Shown: in pieces, positions 29,517-32,000 of the stretch
How positions within the stretch are numbered: the first letter of the stretch is position 1
Layout of the letters: each line of letters opens with the position of its first letter
Assembly: GCF_000011465.1 (NCBI RefSeq)
Contig: NC_005072.1
Location: 390,001 to 422,000, forward strand
DNA: 32,000 nucleotides
Origin: Prochlorococcus marinus subsp. pastoris str. CCMP1986
GTDB taxonomy: Bacteria; Cyanobacteriota; Cyanobacteriia; PCC-6307; Cyanobiaceae
Direction of reading: 5' to 3'
Notes under the pieces: generated by a model
Databases searched by the model: none
What the model saw: the letters and a program-made list of their open reading frames with translations, nothing else
Told to the model about the DNA's origin: nothing
Made by a program: the position numbers and the translations under genes

Positions 29517-30509
29517 ATGCCTAAAAAACATCCTACAAGAAGGCAGTTCCTTAATTTTGGAAAACTATCTCTCCTTTTCTTTCTGAATTCATGTAGTAAT
29601 TCTTTAAAAAAAATCAAAATTGGTTTTCAAAGTTCGACTTATCCAAAATCTTTCAGGGATACGTTCCCTGCGATTTGGCAGAAAGAAAATATTAATTTTA
29701 GTAAGCTTAAATTAGAAAAAAATAAAATAAAATTTTCTAAATCAGACTTTATTTTGATTAACGATGGATGGCTAAAGAGTATTAATTTTGCAAATTTTCA
29801 AAACATAAATAATTTATTTTTAAATGATCTATTAGATAATAGATCGAGAGATTATTTAAAAAGTTTTAAAGAATATCAGCGTAATAAATTATTTCCGATA
29901 GGTGTAGTTCCATATGCAGTAATTATAAAAAATAATAAAGATCTAATTTATGAAGCTAGTAATAATTGGGATTTTCTTCTCGATGAAAAGTTGAAAGGAA
30001 AAATTATATTCCCACAAAGTCCGAGAATATTAATTTCAATTTCAAAAAGAATTAATGTAAAAAATTCACTTAGCAAACTTAAAGAACAAGCAATGTTATT
30101 TGATGATAAAAATTCAATTAATTGGTTAATTAATTCTGACGCTTCTGTTGCGATTATCCCCTTTTCACTATGCGAAAAATATCTGAGAGTTGATTCAAGA
30201 CTTTCGATGGTTTTCCCAAATAAGGGTGTTCCTTTAATGTGGAATTTTCTTCTTACTAAATCAAAAATTAATAACATAGTGTTATTTGATTGGATTAAGT
30301 CTTTAGAAAAAAGGAGTACTATCGATGAGTTAGCTAATCAAGGATGGTATTTACCTTTTAAAAATGAATATTCTCAGGATAAATACAATATCAAAACTGA
30401 AAATAGTAATTATGGTCCATCTGAAAATTGTTGGGAAAATAGTTGGTCTTTTTCATCTCTAAATTATGAAGAGAAGGTAAATCTAGAAAATTTGTGGAAC
30501 CAATCATGA
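29517..30509 (+). CDS. Putative extracellular solute-binding (PotD-like) lipoprotein
   Basis: RRQFLNFGKLSLLFFLNSCSNS (Tat-like plus lipobox) and a substrate-binding-like layout (PIGVVPYAVIIKNNKDLIYEASNNWDFLLDEKLKGKIIFPQSPR). Confidence 0.65.
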   Translation: MPKKHPTRRQFLNFGKLSLLFFLNSCSNSLKKIKIGFQSSTYPKSFRDTFPAIWQKENINFSKLKLEKNKIKFSKSDFILINDGWLKSINFANFQNINNLFLNDLLDNRSRDYLKSFKEYQRNKLFPIGVVPYAVIIKNNKDLIYEASNNWDFLLDEKLKGKIIFPQSPRILISISKRINVKNSLSKLKEQAMLFDDKNSINWLINSDASVAIIPFSLCEKYLRVDSRLSMVFPNKGVPLMWNFLLTKSKINNIVLFDWIKSLEKRSTIDELANQGWYLPFKNEYSQDKYNIKTENSNYGPSENCWENSWSFSSLNYEEKVNLENLWNQS

Positions 30510-31649
30510 ACCCCATAATCTTTTTTTAGGCTTTTCGATTAATAAGTTGTGAGTTTCTTTTAATAAAGCTGGAATATTTAATTTACTAGGACATTTTGGA
30601 ATGCATTCATTGCAATCTAAGCAAAAAGAAGCATCTTTTTCTTCCCACCAGTGGCCTGCCCGCCCTATTAAATTATATCTTTCTTTAGCAAATTCTAATT
30701 GGCCATACCCAATAGATATATTTCTCAAACGAAGTATCTCTGGAATAGGAATTTCGCTTGGACATGGTAGGCAAGATCTGCATTGCTCACATTTTGAAGA
30801 CTTTAACTCCTCGTTTGCAAAATTTTCGATATTTTCTAATGCTCTAATTTCAGAAGATGTTAGTTTTTGAGTTGAGTTTATAAGCTTTTTTGCAATATTA
30901 AAATCTTCAAATTTTGTAGCTCCTAAAGATAGAGTCGTGATTCCTTTCGATAGTAAAAATCTATAAGCTAGTTCCAAAGGATGGTATGGTGCAGATGCTT
31001 TTAATAAGGTTTCGCTTGGAGCATATAATCTTCCACCCTTATCAGCAGGTGATATTGCCAATACACCCATTTGCTTTTTTAAAGCTAGTTGGGCAAGGCT
31101 TATTTTTGATTGATCTAAAAAATGTAAATGAAGATTGCAAAAACTAAATACTTCACAGTTAATTGCATTCTCAATCAGTTTATAACTGCCATGTGAACTG
31201 AACCCAACTTGATCAACCAGGCCCTTTTTAATTACCCATTTTAAAAACTTTCCACCCTCTCCATTTAGAACCCAATCTAAATGCTCCTTTAAGTTTATTC
31301 CATGGATTGCAAGATTATTTATTTTCTCTAGCTTTAAATTTTTGAGTGAGTTTTCGAAATTCTCTTTTAAATAATTAAAATCTCCTTTAGGTAATACTTT
31401 GGTAGTAATTATCCATTCTTTCCTAAAAATATTTTCGGAAGTTTCTAATTCCTTTAATGAATCCCCGATCAGTTTTTCAGCATTACCGTAAGCAGCAGCA
31501 GTTTCTAAATGATTAATGCCCGCATCATGAGCACTTTTTATAAGGTAATTCATTTTATCAATATTTTCTGTGGCTCTCATTGTGCCTAAAGTAAATAAAC
31601 TTACATGGCACGCTTTCCCAAATGATCTTTTCTTAGAATGAATTATCAT
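30504..31649 (-). CDS. Aldo/keto reductase with C-terminal 2[4Fe-4S] ferredoxin-like domain
   Basis: FTLGTMRATENIDKMNYLIKSAHDAGINHLETAAAYGNAEKLIG and SKCEQCRSCLPCP...FCLDCNECIPKCPSKLNIP. Confidence 0.9.
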   Translation of the reverse strand: MIIHSKKRSFGKACHVSLFTLGTMRATENIDKMNYLIKSAHDAGINHLETAAAYGNAEKLIGDSLKELETSENIFRKEWIITTKVLPKGDFNYLKENFENSLKNLKLEKINNLAIHGINLKEHLDWVLNGEGGKFLKWVIKKGLVDQVGFSSHGSYKLIENAINCEVFSFCNLHLHFLDQSKISLAQLALKKQMGVLAISPADKGGRLYAPSETLLKASAPYHPLELAYRFLLSKGITTLSLGATKFEDFNIAKKLINSTQKLTSSEIRALENIENFANEELKSSKCEQCRSCLPCPSEIPIPEILRLRNISIGYGQLEFAKERYNLIGRAGHWWEEKDASFCLDCNECIPKCPSKLNIPALLKETHNLLIEKPKKRLWGS

Positions 31650-31760
31650 CTTTATATGATTAAGACCTACTTAATAACTTTTTAATTTATTTATAGTAGA
31701 AAATGTTTTAAAGTAAATCAAAGTTAATAATAGTTTTTCAAATAATCTTTATTTAAAGTT

Positions 31761-32000
31761 ATGTTTACAGGAATAGTCCAGGCAATAGGAAAACTTAAAA
31801 AAGAAAAAAACTTCTTAATTATTGAAATTCTAGATCAGCCTTTTGATACGCAAATAGGTGATAGTATTGCCGTTGATGGAATTTGTTTAACAGTAAAAGA
31901 GATTTCAAATAATCAATTTAAAGTAGAGGTAAGTGAAGAAACTTTAAAAAAGACTACTTTAGGAGAAAAATCTAATATTAACCAAATAGTTAATTTAGAG
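31761..32000 (+). CDS. ribE: Riboflavin synthase alpha subunit, 3' end truncated by window edge
   Basis: ATG at 31761: MFTGIVQAIGKLKKEKNFLIIEILDQPFDTQIGDSIAVDGICLTVKEISNNQFKVEVSEETLKKTTLG. Confidence 0.95.
   Translation, partial: MFTGIVQAIGKLKKEKNFLIIEILDQPFDTQIGDSIAVDGICLTVKEISNNQFKVEVSEETLKKTTLGEKSNINQIVNLE

Noticed and set aside
1-32000. Mobile element, prophage, CRISPR or defence-island signatures
   Set aside because: No transposase, integrase, spaced direct repeats, tRNA-flanked island or toxin-antitoxin pair seen; gene content is mainly core.

Overview
The window is an AT-rich, densely packed piece of chromosome from a marine picocyanobacterium, most likely a high-light Prochlorococcus (inferred from composition, gene content and small intergenic gaps). 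I see mostly housekeeping genes: rpsD (partial), yidD, murE, nfu-like, mqo, lepA, trmH, rsmB, a class A PBP, chlG, hisF, ubiE/menG, birA, ndhB, topA, a CobT-like gene and ribE (partial). I found no tRNA, rRNA, CRISPR array, transposon or defence island. The most interesting items are: (1) a small DUF4278 (PirA-like) gene on the minus strand whose leader has a strong -35/-10 promoter, a perfect NtcA-type GTA-N8-TAC box at the predicted +1, and a CGTTC...GAACG structured RNA resembling a glutamine (type 2, downstream-peptide) riboswitch; (2) a compact DCC/DUF393 - TIGR03643-like - DUF2256 - photolyase cassette, with the 43-aa DUF2256 gene missing from the supplied ORF track; (3) the photolyase in that cassette, which appears to have lost most Fe-S-ligating cysteines of its family; (4) an exact 93-bp in-frame tandem repeat inside a small lipoprotein gene, unusual for a streamlined genome. 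I do not see convincing evidence for a wholly new multi-gene system. Family assignments are from memory and motif reading, with no database search.
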